DNA from: Octopus vulgaris
Lineage: Eukaryota
Length of the DNA: 64,000 bases
Direction: 5' to 3'
Assembly (NCBI GenBank): GCA_951406725.2
Contig: OX597824.1
Location: forward strand, 22,940,001-23,004,000
Below, piece by piece: positions 12,102-25,611 of this stretch. Under the pieces are notes generated by a model, which saw only the letters and a list, made by a program, of their open reading frames with translations, did not search any database and was not told where the DNA came from. Position numbers and translations under genes: made by a program. Numbering within the stretch: the first letter of the stretch is position 1; every line of letters starts with the position of its first letter.

Positions 12102-12231
12102 TAATAATAATAATAACAACAACAACAACAACAACAATAATAATAAAAAGTAAAATAATAATAATAACATCCACAACAGCAACAACAATAATAATAATAA
12201 CAACAACATCCACAACAACAACAACAATAAC

Positions 12232-12310
<79 letters not shown>

Positions 12311-12315
12311 GTAAC

Positions 12316-12367
<52 letters not shown>

Positions 12368-12414
12368 GTAACAATAATGATAATAATAATAATAATGATA
12401 ATAATAATAATAAT

Positions 12415-12466
<52 letters not shown>

Positions 12467-12481
12467 GTAATAATAATAACA

Positions 12482-12515
<34 letters not shown>

Positions 12516-12531
12516 TGATGATAATAACAAC

Positions 12532-12608
<77 letters not shown>

Positions 12609-12658
12609 TAATAATAATGATAATAAGAACATCCACAACAATAATAAGGATAATAATT
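12102..12658. repeat. (AAT)n/(AAC)n microsatellite
   Basis: Read directly. Confidence 0.95.
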
Positions 12659-12972
12659 CATTGATTTGGAGTCTTATTGCTTTTAGAATATTCTTTAAAA
12701 AAATCTTTATTTTTTTTTATATATTTGTAAAATCACCACCGCCAACAACAACAACAGCAACAACAACCTGGCTCTGTCAAAATCATTCACACCAACTCTT
12801 AGCCTTCCCCCCCCCCCACACGCCATTCCACCCCATCCTTCTTTCACCCTCTCCTCATTACAATCCTTCACCGACTCTTATCTCTGTCTTTCACCGACCT
12901 CACGAATATACTTCACCAATTCTTTAGTCTCTCTCTCCCCCCGCTCTTTCCTTCGCTCTCCTCTTCTCTCTC

Positions 12973-13007
<35 letters not shown>

Positions 13008-13389
13008 CTTCTTGTCTCTGTCTCTGTCTGTCTGTCTCTCTCTCTCCCTCTCTCACCCTCTCTCCACACTGCATTCACATCACCATTTGCTCAAACATGA
13101 GTTGGTGACAGAAAAACACTTTAATAGATTAATTTACTTCTACGAGATAGAAGTAATTATTCTGTAATCAATGAAACACTAATTATAACTTAGTAATTAA
13201 TGGCTAGACACATGGTGCTGGAGGTTTTTTCTTATTATTTTTTATTCATTCTTTTTCTTTTTGTTCTTAGTTTTTTTTTTGTGTGAAAGTTGGTGTAGTG
13301 GGTGGATGTGGGTGACTGGATATGTGAGGGGTATTGACATGAACGAAGGACTTAAGTATTTTATGTAGGTTGGTATTTAAATGTGAGTG

Positions 13390-14067
13390 TGCATATATAT
13401 ATATGTGTGTGTATGTTCGTGTGTGTATGTGCGTGTGTGTGTAAATATATGTATATTTATATATGTGTGCATATGGATGTAAGTACGTATGTTTGTATAT
13501 GTATGTATGTATGTATGTGTGTATGTGCATGTAAGTGCTTATGTATGTGCGTATGATTATGTAAGATGTGCATGTATGTAAGTATGCATGCGAGTATTAT
13601 ATTTCTATATTTTATATACATGCATGCGTGTATGTGTATGTCGCATGTATGTATGTATGTATGCATGTATGTATGTATGTATGCATGTATGTATGTATGA
13701 ATGTATGTAGGTATGTATGTATGTATGTATATATGTATGTATGTATGAATGTATGTATGTATGCTTGTATATATATGTGTGTGTGTGTTCGTGTGAGTGT
13801 ACGTGTGTATGTATGTATGTATGTATGTATGTATGTATGTATGTATGTATGTATATATGCTTGTATATATATATATGTGTGTGTGTGTTCGTGTGAGTGT
13901 ACGTGTGTATGTATGTATGTATTTATATATATGTGAATGTATGCAAATATGCGTACACATTATATTTGTATGTTTTGCATGTATGCATGTATGCATGAGT
14001 ATGTATGCATGCATGTATGTATATATGTATGTATATATGTATGTATATATGTATGTATGTATGTATG

Positions 14068-14101
<34 letters not shown>

Positions 14102-14535
14102 TGTATGTATGTATGCATGCATGTATGTATGTATGCATGTATGTATGTATGCATGTACGTATGCATATATGTATGCTTTGTATATATGTTTCTATATAGT
14201 GTGTGTATATTATGTATGAATGAATGTATGTATGTACGTACGTATGTATGCATATGTGTGTATGCATGTATATTTATATATATATGCACGTATGTATGCA
14301 CGTACGTACGTATGTATGTATATGTGTGTATGTATGTACGTATGTTTGTATGTATGTATGTATGTGTGTATGTATGTGTGTGTGTATGTATGTGTGTATG
14401 TATGTGTGTATGTATGTATGTATGTGTGTATGTGTATGTATGTATGTGTGTATGTATGTATGTATGTGTGTATGCACTTGTGTGACTGTGATTGAATTTA
14501 CACATATTGGTGTTGCTGAGTGCACGCATGTGTTC

Positions 14536-14574
<39 letters not shown>

Positions 14575-14735
14575 TGTGTGTGTGTGCATATGTATGTGAT
14601 AAAATGCGCGTGTTTGTATTCTTGTTTTTGTTTGCACGTGCGTGAGTGAGTGTGTTTCTCTGTGTTTGTATGTGTATATATATATATGTATATGTATGTG
14701 TGTGTGTGTGTATGTATGTATGTCTGTTTATGTGT
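13390..14735. repeat. Degenerate (TATG)n/(TG)n field
   Basis: Read directly. Confidence 0.9.
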
Positions 14736-14953
14736 ATAGTTAATGAAAAGAACAACGAGGAAAAGGTTGAAAGAAGGTGAAAAAAGAAGTGGGGTGGAAA
14801 ACAAATAGGAAAAGTGGGCAATTAGAGAGCGAAGTGTTATAAAGTGAGTGTCAGGCTGGTGCAACTGGTGCGGCTGATGTTCAGTTTAAACATGGATCAG
14901 AAAGGGAATACAGAGGTGTAAACAATAATGTGAATAAAAACCTAAGTGCAGAT

Positions 14954-15121
14954 AGGCGTAGGAGTGGCTGTGTGGTAAGAAGCTTGCTTACCAACCACAT
15001 GGTTCCGGGTTCAGTCCCACTGCGTGGCACCTTGGGCAAGTGTCTTCTACTATAGCCTCGGGCCGACCAAGGCCTTGTGAGTGGATTTGGTTTGACCGAA
15101 ACTGAAAGAAGCCTGTCGTAG

Positions 15122-15196
<75 letters not shown>

Positions 15197-15426
15197 TGTG
15201 TGTATGTTTGTGTGTCTGTGTTTGTCCCCCCCCCTACATCGCTTGACAACCGATGCTGGTGTGTTTACGTCCCCGTCACTTAGCGGTTCGGCAAAAGAGA
15301 CCGATAGAATAAGTACTAGGCTTATAAAGAATAAGTCCTGGGGTCGATTTGCTCGACTAAAGGCGGTGCTCCAGCTTGGCCACAGTTAAAATGACTGAAA
15401 CAAGTAAAAGAGTAAAGAGTAAGAGT
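14954..15426 (+). mobile_element. SINE-A full length
   Basis: ggcgtaggagtggctgtgtggtaag ... aaacaagtaaaagagtaaagag. Confidence 0.9.
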
Positions 15427-15765
15427 ATATGACCGTGTGTTTGAGAGGCTCGCTTAGCAAGTACGTGGTTTCAGGTTCGATACCAATGCGGGGAATCTTG
15501 AGTGTCTTCGGCTATAGCCCGTATCCGACCCATGCCTCGTGAATGAATTTTGGAGACAGAAAGTGTGTGGAAGTCTTTATATTTCATTTGACCATATATG
15601 GACTGCTTCTGTCTGGTCACAGCTGATACTATGAAAACTGTTCAGTACACCGGCCTAGAACTGTTCTAAGTTCTTAACTATTCTGTTATTCTGTATGAAT
15701 CGGAATAGTAAATGAAATACCTCTCCATCAACAGCAAGGATTCAGTTGTTCAGTTAGTTATATTA

Positions 15766-17684
15766 TGAGAGTATGCTGAAAAGTTCAGAGGCTGACTATG
15801 AAAGAGTGATGCTAGAGCTGTGAAATCTCGTACGCATTAATTTCAAATCTTAGGAGGAATTACAGCCGTGTTTCGCAGGAAGGAAAGTTTCTTGTCGAAG
15901 ATACGTCTCGCTTTTTTCCTTCGAAACGTAGAGTAGATGAAACCATAGCGACTGAAGAAGGGGTTTTTTCTTTGTGTTAATTGTCCTGTACTCTATTTTT
16001 TTGCTGTTTTTAAAAAATTGTCCAGTTCCTTTGGTTTGTGTCTATGTTTTCGTTTCTCATTGTGTTCGACGTCCTTTTGGTGTCCTGTACTCATATATGC
16101 GTGTATATGTACATGTAGAGGTAGGTACGTACATATATGTTTATATATATGCATATGTTTTATTTTGTTTATATAGGATCCAGTTAGCTCAAGACATCAT
16201 CAGGAGGAACCACGTCCGGTTTCGGCCCCCTACTCGTCTACTGTTTTGACGTGGCGGGGCCCCCACCTTTCGGAGGTGTCTTCAGCTCTGGTGTTGGGTG
16301 CATGTCTTCTTTCTTCTTCTTTCTTCTGTTCCCTGGCCTCTTCGGTGTAGCGTCAACGAGTGTTTATTTCCAGGTAAACTGACATCTGACACTTCAAAGA
16401 AGATTTCAAAAGTAACTGGTAGCGACTTCTCTCTAGAAAATGGACAAAATTTAGCATCGTGGTATTAATCAAAGCACTTGTAGAAAAAGGGTTCAACTCC
16501 CAACACGTGTTTGGTGAGTGCTACGTCTTCTGACACCTGATCAAAAGCGCACCAGGCTGATCACATCACGGGAAAATCTGAAATTATTTTGAGGCAGATC
16601 CAGCTGCTTTCCTTGAACTTTGCTTCAGTGTTGGATTCATCACTTTAAACCAGCGACAATCCATGCAGTAGAAACACCCCCAACATCTGCTCCAAAGAAG
16701 GCGAAGGTCGTTTCATTCGCAGGGAAAGTGATGGCTTTAGTTTTGGGGTGCAAAAGGCATTGTGTTTATTGGCTATCTTCAAAAAGGCCAGACCATCAAT
16801 GGAGAGTACCACACCAACTTGCTGAAGCCTGTTTCATCGAGACAATGTTCCAGCACACAAGTTCTGGGTTTCAATAGCTGCTTGATTTATTGCTTGCTTG
16901 AGACAGCATTCACCCGGGGTGGTTTGAGCTGGCTTCATTCATCCTCAATGCTGCATCTCTCACAAACGCCGAATAGGCCTGGCGATTTGAGGCTAACGAC
17001 CGCATGATCTCCAACCACTCCCTATTCCAGCGGCAAACGCCGTAGACATGGGGGCCTTGGTTGGGTCCCAGATCAGCCTTGACTGTCATCAGCCAGGCTT
17101 TTCGGTGTCCACAACATCGCTTTCGCCAACCCTGAAGGGGAGCTGGGGCAATTGCTTCGTAGATGAATTCTCCTGGTTGACGACGGAGGACATGACCCAG
17201 CCAATGCAGACGTCTCGTTAGGATGACTTGTCGGAGGGAGGTGATTTTGCACTGGTGTCGCACCGAATTGTTAGAAACAAAGTGATGCCATCGGACACAA
17301 AGGATGCGGCGTAGACAGAGATGATCGAAGGATTCTAGTCGCTTAATATCTTTCAATAGCTGCTGCGCGTAACTGTCGCTATGAACTGATTTACCACCCT
17401 CCCTGATCTCCTGATTTGGCCCTACCCAACCATCATCTGTTTCCTAACATGCAAGAACACTTGGCTGGCAAGTAGTATCACAGTGCTGATGACATCATAT
17501 TTGCTGTTGATAACATTTTTTTACCATCAGGATGAAAGCCTCTTCACCAATGGGATCCAAGCACTATAACACCAATGGAAGAAGTTTGTTGGCCGCAAGG
17601 GAGACTATGTTGAAAAATAAACCTCATTTGGTTACATTCTATGAAAGTATCTTGATCAGACTAGGAATCCTTCATCTGGTTTTG
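15766..17684 (+). mobile_element. Old mariner relic interrupted by later insertions
   Basis: Degenerate TIRs. Transposase bits APKKAKVVSFAGKVMA, YLQKGQTINGEY, RDNVPAH, HPP*SPDLA and GDYVEK. Confidence 0.75.
16883..17350 (-). mobile_element. 5'-truncated RTE-clade LINE with 14 bp TSD
   Basis: ORF 16910-17356 has FDHLCLRRIL..W...SN and RRLHWLGHVLR (RTE C-terminus). TSD tttcaatagctgct at 16869-16882 and 17351-17364. Confidence 0.88.
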
Positions 17685-17709
17685 TATGTATAAATATATA
17701 AATATATAA

Positions 17710-17766
<57 letters not shown>

Positions 17767-17775
17767 CACACACGC

Positions 17776-17985
17776 TTTCTACTATAGGCACAAGGCCTAA
17801 GTTTTTGAGGGAGGGTTCTAGTCAATTATGTCGGCCCCGGTGCTCAACTGGTACTTATTTCATCGAGTCCGAAAGAATGAAAGGCAAAATCGACCTCGCC
17901 GAAATTTGAACTCGGAACATAAAGACGGACGAAATGCTGCAAAACATTTCATCCGTCATGCTAACGATTCTACCAACAGGCGGCC
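17776..17985 (-). mobile_element. SINE-B with alternative tail (ggccttgtgcctatagtagaaa)
   Basis: Same head and core as SINE-B. The same tail occurs at ~11275, ~36476, ~53890 and ~54922. Confidence 0.75.
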
Positions 17986-18004
17986 TATATATATATGTAT
18001 TATA

Positions 18005-18116
<112 letters not shown>

Positions 18117-18134
18117 TAGATATGTATTTATATA

Positions 18135-18182
<48 letters not shown>

Positions 18183-18186
<4 letters not shown>

Positions 18187-18447
18187 GCAGGGGATGGTAG
18201 TGATCCCTGCTGTACTCTTTCACCACAACTTTCTCTCACTCTTACTTCCTGTTTCTGTTGTACCTGGATTTCAAGGGGCCGGCCTTCTCACTCTCTGTGT
18301 CACGCTGAATATCCCCGAGAACTACGTTAAGGGTACACGTGTCTGTGGAGTGCTCAGCCACTTACACGTTAATTTCACGAGCAGGCTGTTCCGTTGATTC
18401 GGATCAACCGGAACCCTCGTCGTCGTAACCGACGGAGTGCTTCCATC

Positions 18448-18450
<3 letters not shown>
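18183..18450 (+). mobile_element. 5'-truncated SINE-C, tail 1
   Basis: Matches 48358-48619. Confidence 0.85.
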
Positions 18451-18505
<55 letters not shown>

Positions 18506-19144
18506 TATGCGTGTGTGTGTGTTAAGATCTGTGTAGCTGCCAGTATAGATGTCTGTGTTTGTGGTTGTCTCCCACACCACTTAATCAATGCTGGTTTGTT
18601 TTCGTTCACATAATCTATGATAAGCTAAAATGCAGTTTCTCCTATCATACAATATTTCGAGCACAAAAGTCCCTCTTCGAGGAAAAACATGCGATTATAT
18701 TACAGCAGAAATAATTTTTGATATAAATTAGAGTAAATGAACCCTTTGCTACACAAGAGCTTTCAGGACTTCTTGGATTCTTCGAGAGAAGATTTGTATT
18801 AGTATATTCTCCGGACAATCGACGACAAAATTCCTCGATAGATACATCAGAATCCACAGCCAATCGCTCGACGAATCAAAGCCATTTAATTTTTTTCGAA
18901 TTTATTTTTCTCTGTCTCGATGTTAGATGTAATCTGCAAAATTTAATTCTTTTGTTCTCGTTTGTAAATATGTATTGCCATTGTCGTTGCCCTTTATTAA
19001 ATTTCAAATTTTTAAAATACTCTTTAAAAAAAAAGACATACATAGAAAGAAAGAACAAATACAGAAAACGCAGCTGATTTTGTTATCTTATTTACGAGAG
19101 TCGTTTCTTTTACTTTTGTTTTTCAAGTTGGTACAAGGAAGTAA

Positions 19145-19548
<404 letters not shown>

Positions 19549-19817
19549 TTCATGGCAATATGATTTTTTTATATTTATTTAATAATTTTTCTATCTGCAG
19601 ACGAATAATCTTTGTATCATGTAGAACATCAGCGCTAGTTCTAGAAAATTGCATTAGTTTTTGCATTAATTAACAGAAAAAAAGAAAAAAAACCGTTAAT
19701 TCCCCACATGTATTCGGCGTGATTTCGCCCCGCCCCCACCCCACCTCCCAAATTAAAAAAAAAATGTATTTCACAGATTACGATCAACAACGGGTCCGAG
19801 GTAATTAAATTCTACAC

Positions 19818-19897
<80 letters not shown>

Positions 19898-20236
19898 GCA
19901 CGGTACGCAAAGATAAGTAAGGATGGCTTTGATTCGCCGAAACGACAAGCTATGGCTAATGCAGTGTCTTAGGATAAAACGACAGATAGAGAAAGGTCTT
20001 CTTGCTTCATAATTCATACTGATGTAAAATTATCGACCGATGACTCTAAATTATCTTGAAAAGACATAGAAATATAAGACGAAGCGACCATTTACAAAAG
20101 TGTGCAATGTACCTTTCTTTTATTTTACTAAAGCTTGGTGCTTATCCTTTAGGTAAATTTTTCTCGAACCGCTAAGTAACACAACATAAACAAACCAATA
20201 CCACCATCAAGCAGTGGTGGGCGACGAACACAAATA

Positions 20237-20312
<76 letters not shown>

Positions 20313-20335
20313 CACATATACGTTTTTAAAAAAAT

Positions 20336-20711
20336 CTTTTACTTGTTTCAGTCATTTGACTGCGGCCATGCTGGAGCACCGCCTTTAGTCGAGCAAATCG
20401 ACCCCAGGACTTATTCTTTGTAAGCCTAGTACTTATCCTATCGGTATCTTTTGGCGAACCGCTAAGTTACGGGGACGTAAACATACCAGCATCGGTTATC
20501 AAGTTAACACAGACACACAAACACACACATATATAAATACATATATACGACGGGCTTCTTTCAGTTTCCGTCTACCAAATCCACTCACAAGGCTTTGGTC
20601 GACCCGAGGCTATAGTAGAAGACACTTGCCCAAGGTGTCACGCAGTGGGACTGAACCCGGAACCATGTGGTTGGCAAACAAGCTACTTACCACACAACCA
20701 CTCCTGCGCCT
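20336..20711 (-). mobile_element. SINE-A, flanked by partial copies at ~20120-20250 and ~20750-20880
   Basis: Family match. Confidence 0.85.
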
Positions 20712-21379
20712 ACGTATATATACTTTATATATATATATTTACACGATAGGGCTTCTTTCAGTTTACGTCTACCAAACCCAGTCATAAGGCTTTAGTCGAC
20801 CTGGAGCTATAGCAGAAGATACTTGCCCAAGATGCAACCCACTGTGGTTGGGAAGCAAACATCTTTCCACATTACCACTATAAAATGAATCAAAGGTCCT
20901 TTCCGAACCGTAAACTCATAAAGATGGTTTACCGGATTCTGTGACGTACATATATCCACCCCACCACTCTGAAGAGGATGCCTGTCCGTCGCAGGAATAC
21001 TCAATTATTTTTCCCCAGTGCAACGGATCAACATGAAATTAATTGTTTTGTTCAAGAACTCACCGCATCAGCCGATCCTAAGATCGAAACCACAGTCTTG
21101 CGATCACGAGTGCAAACTCTAACCACTAAGCCACGCATATATGCATGTATGTACGTACGTAAGTATAATTGAAGTAAATCTTCACGCCTGAAGAAATCAC
21201 TTGTGCGACGATTAAAAAAAAACGGTTGTCACACTCTGTAAATGTTATTAATAATGTAACAGAGAAAGAAGTTTATTTCGACAACAATCAGACGTCAAAA
21301 TTGAATCATGTTTGAGACAGACAGAGCAGAGAAGAGTGAAGAGCTGCAGTATATCGGATATTGTGTCTGACTGAAATAT

Positions 21380-21405
21380 AGATGTGCGTGTGTGTGTGTG
21401 TGCGT

Positions 21406-21442
<37 letters not shown>

Positions 21443-22009
21443 TTTGTGTGTACGCAAGAGTTCTTACATGTGTGCACATATATGGGTTTGTGTAGCTGTA
21501 AGCCTGTTTGTGAATAAATAAGTGAATAAATATGTGTGAGTAGAGACGTGCGTCTGGGCGAGTGTGAGAGCATGAGGGTGAAAGTGTGTTACTGTTTCCA
21601 TCGGAGTAATTCTGTGCATTTGTGTATGTGTGAATGCGAGTGTGAGCCTGTCTGCATTTGATTGTGTGTGTGTGTGTGTATTTGCGAAGGTATATGGGTT
21701 AGTGTAGGTGTTAGCATGTTTGTGAGTGTATGTGTTTGTGTGTGAGCATGTATGAGTCTATGTGTTTAGTTTAGATATATATGCCTTTGTGAGTGTGGCT
21801 GTGTACGTTTCAAAGTAATTTCGTGTGATAGTTTATGTGTGTGTGTGTGTCTGTGGGTGGTGTGTGTATGTATGTGTAGACGTGTGGCTATGTAGGTGTG
21901 AAGATTCCTGTCTTTCCATTGAAGTAATTCTGTGCAGTTATGCGTAGTTGTGTGTGTAATTGTTTCTGTATGTATGGGATTTTCTCTATATGTGCGTGTG
22001 TGTGTGTGT

Positions 22010-22045
<36 letters not shown>

Positions 22046-22565
22046 GTGTGCGTGAGTGTGTGTCTAATGAAGTCGTTTTGGTCTTTATATTTATTCATGT
22101 ATGTATGTTTGTGTGCTTTGCGTGTATCACCGTGTATATCTGTATGTTTTGTCGATGTTTGTTTTTTGTTTTTTGAGTATGTCTGTACATGCATGTACGT
22201 GTGTGTGTGGGTGTGTGTGTGTGTGTATGTATAAGAGACAGGAAGTGTATGCGTGTGTGTTTATGTGTGTGCTCGGGTGTATTTGTGTGTGTATGTGAGT
22301 GTTTGCGTGTTTGTGTGAGTGAGAGAGAGAAAGAGAAAGAAAAAAGGAGAGAGAGAAAAAGAAAGAGAGAGAGAGAAAAAGAGAAAGAAAAAGGAGAAAG
22401 AGAGAAAAAGAAAAAGAAAGAGAGAGAGAGAGAGAGAAAAAGGAGAAAGAGAGAAAAAGAAAAAGAAAGAGAGAGAGAGAGAGAAAGAGAAAGAAAAAGG
22501 AGAAAGAGAGAAAAAGAAAAAGAAAGAGAGAGAGAGAAAGAGAAAGAAAAAGGAGAAAGAGAGAA

Positions 22566-22604
<39 letters not shown>

Positions 22605-22709
22605 CTGTGACAGTCTAAGTATGAGAAAGTAATTACATCTGAGTTTCTCTGTATCAGTGAGAGAAAGAGAGAGAACGTGAGAGAGGGAGAGCGGCTAAGA
22701 GAGAGAGAG

Positions 22710-22741
<32 letters not shown>

Positions 22742-22950
22742 TGAAAGACAGAGCGTGTGTGTGTATGAGAGAGAGAGAGAATTACTGTGTGTGTGTGTGT
22801 TTATGTGTGAGATATATGTGTTTATGTATGTATGTATGAGAAAATTTTACGTAGAATTCTATGAGACGGCGAAGCAAGTGCTTGTGTGCTTGTCTGTGTG
22901 TGTGTGCTTGTCTCTGTGTGTGTGTGTGTATGTGCATGCGTGTGTGTGTA
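21380..22950. repeat. Degenerate (TG)n and (GA)n low-complexity field
   Basis: Read directly. Confidence 0.85.
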
Positions 22951-22954
22951 TGCA

Positions 22955-23213
22955 TTCTTTTATTTGTTCCATTCATTTTGACTGCGGCCATGCTGGAGCA
23001 CCGCCTTTAGTCGAACAAATATCGACCCCAGGACTTATTCTTTGTAAGCCTAGCAATTATTTTATCGCCCTTTTTTGCCGAACTGCTAAGTTACAGGGAC
23101 GTGAACACATTAACATCGGTTGTCATGTGATGGTGGTGGGGGAACAAACACAGACACAAATCTATACATACATACATACACACACACACGCACGCACACA
23201 CACTCTCACACAC

Positions 23214-23275
<62 letters not shown>

Positions 23276-23490
23276 TAATATCAGGGTAATAAGGATTTTA
23301 GAAATTTTTACTACCTGTAGCCTATACCTGTAGACTATATATTATTGATATAAATACAGTGTATATATATATATGTAATATAGTGTTTTGGAAATTCCTT
23401 GGAGAGAAAACTTTTTCTCAAAGAGTTAAGGTTGAGAAAAAACCATTTTAGAGTCTCAATCTTGACTCTTTGAGAAAAAAATCTTCTCTC

Positions 23491-23545
<55 letters not shown>

Positions 23546-23682
23546 GACAGAGTTCTTTTAGTTTCCGTCTACCAAATCCACTCACAAGGCTTTTGACGGC
23601 CCGAGGCTACAGCAGAAAGACACTTGCCCAAGGAGCTACGCAGTGGGACTGATCCCGGAACCATGTGGCTGGGTAGAAACCT
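22955..23682 (-). mobile_element. SINE-A whose internal microsatellite holds extra sequence; head truncated at the next element
   Basis: Tail half at 22955-23170 and head half at 23543-23682. Confidence 0.7.
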
Positions 23683-25611
23683 TCTTTATTTCATTATATT
23701 CGCCATAAAGACAGTACATAGAGTAAAGTAGCTTTGCGGGCTGGACAAGGACACTAATGAAATGAATGATCATGAATGGGAGAAGGATGATAAGGATGGG
23801 AGAAGACAAAAAGCGCCCGCCGACTTCTGCTTCTCTAAAACATTGTTCTTTAAAATCAAACACAAAACGAGGTATTAAACCTCTTACGACTTTTACAACT
23901 TTTCAATTTTTGGACTTAACAGTCCATTACAAACAACAACATAGTTCAATAATTACATATAATATATATAAATACAATACACAAAGCCCCTCCTCCCAGA
24001 CCTGGCAATGAGCCCCTTATTGGCGTATCTAAACATGTCCTTTGAGAAGGTGTTCATTACCCTGACCATAGCGACATCCAATATGATCTTCGTAGTCACC
24101 TGCGAAGGCCACTCCTCGTCCCCTGTGCAGGGCATGGGCTCTTCCCTCCGGGAAGCAAGCTTCTTTATTTTATCAAATTAGCCATGGAGACCTTACACTT
24201 ACATAAAAATCAATAAGTCAATCAAACATAAAAAAAAATATTATCACTTTTCCCTTCCTCCTCTTTCCGGTCCCCCAGTCAAATATCTAGCCGCCTGCAG
24301 AGCAGACCACGTTGAGAGCCGGGAGTTCAGAAAGAAAGCGAAGTGCCTATTATCACATGTTTGTGTCACACAGTGCCACAATTTATAACTCACCCTCAAA
24401 ATAACTTGTGCCCGCATCCTCTGTCATCCTCCACGCCTCTTTCAAAGCCGAATTGAGTTCTGTGTCAGCGTTGCCCGGGTACAAGCGATATTCCTCATTG
24501 AGCCCCTTTAGCCCAAACGTCATGTCAAACGTTATGGCCTCCACAGCTATCTGCGGAGGCCATTCGGGATCCTGTGTGAAGGCTAAAGGTGCTCCCTTAT
24601 GGTGCTTTTCCATCACCTTTTCAATCTCTCCGCCTCTATAGAAGAAGATCAATACTTCGTCTTCCTCCGGGGGCGGGATATCCAATTCTTTCATTGGCGG
24701 CACAGGGGTCTCACGCAACTGCTCCGGGACCTTATTTTGTTCCCGGAGACAGTTTTTCTTTATATGGCCGGACTCCAGGTACCAATGACACCTGGGGGGC
24801 GACCCTCAAGTATCACCGAGTACCTGTACCCGGCCATTTTCAAAAAAATCTGGAAAAACCAGATTGGCTGATTGGGTCCAAAGGGTCAAAACAGCTTTTG
24901 ACCCAACCCAATCAGCCGCAGGAAGAATTTTCACATTAAGAAGCTTGGTCCCGCTGCCACCCAAACCCCGGCGGATAGTCTCCTCTATCCACTCGGGTTT
25001 TATCCCGGGTGGCAACCCGCAGACCCAAGCTTTCGTCAACCTCTTCCCATAATACGTGGGAAGGAACTAAATTTTCTCACCTTCCAAGGGTTGACTAGCA
25101 AATTTGCAAGCCTCTTCAGGGGTATCACCGTTGCATATTTGACACCCCTGGAAATGAATTTAATTGTTGGCAAATACTCTGCCAACTCCTTTTCAATTGC
25201 CGTCTTTTCGAATAGGGCGATGGTGTCGAGTGCCTTGGAGTAGGTTCTCAACACCACTGTCCTATCTTCACGGTCTTTCAACCACTTTTTAGGCGGTATA
25301 ATCTCCCACTCCAAAACTTTGTCTGTTTTCATTGCCATGTTTCTTTTTTCTTTTTTTGAAATATATTCAAAATAAGACTTAAAAAGCGAGGAGAAAAAAG
25401 AAATCAAAAGAAAGTCACAATAAACAAAAAGGAGAAAGTCAAATAAAGTTTAAGAATACAGCAAAAAAATCTTCCAGCCATTCGGTACTCCCGGCCTAGG
25501 TTGAACCCGGAACGCCACAACTGGAACACAACTTCCACAAAAATTGATATACAAATTGTTCAAAGCCTACGGAAAAGACCACGGTAACCTCGGTCAATGA
25601 CGTCACACGTT
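23683..25611 (-). mobile_element. ~1.9 kb ORF1-only (gag-like) non-LTR element, decayed
   Basis: Minus-strand ORF pieces starting MAMKTDK (ATG at 25338). EGRP-P-RCHWYLESGHIKKNC is a CX2CX4HX4C knuckle with one C>Y at 24749-24790. A 3'UTR ends in aataaa. No endonuclease or reverse transcriptase (RT) motifs seen. Confidence 0.65.

Noticed and set aside
13080-13225. TAAT-rich unique island as a homeodomain enhancer
   Set aside because: TAAT motifs are expected at this AT content; conservation data would be needed.
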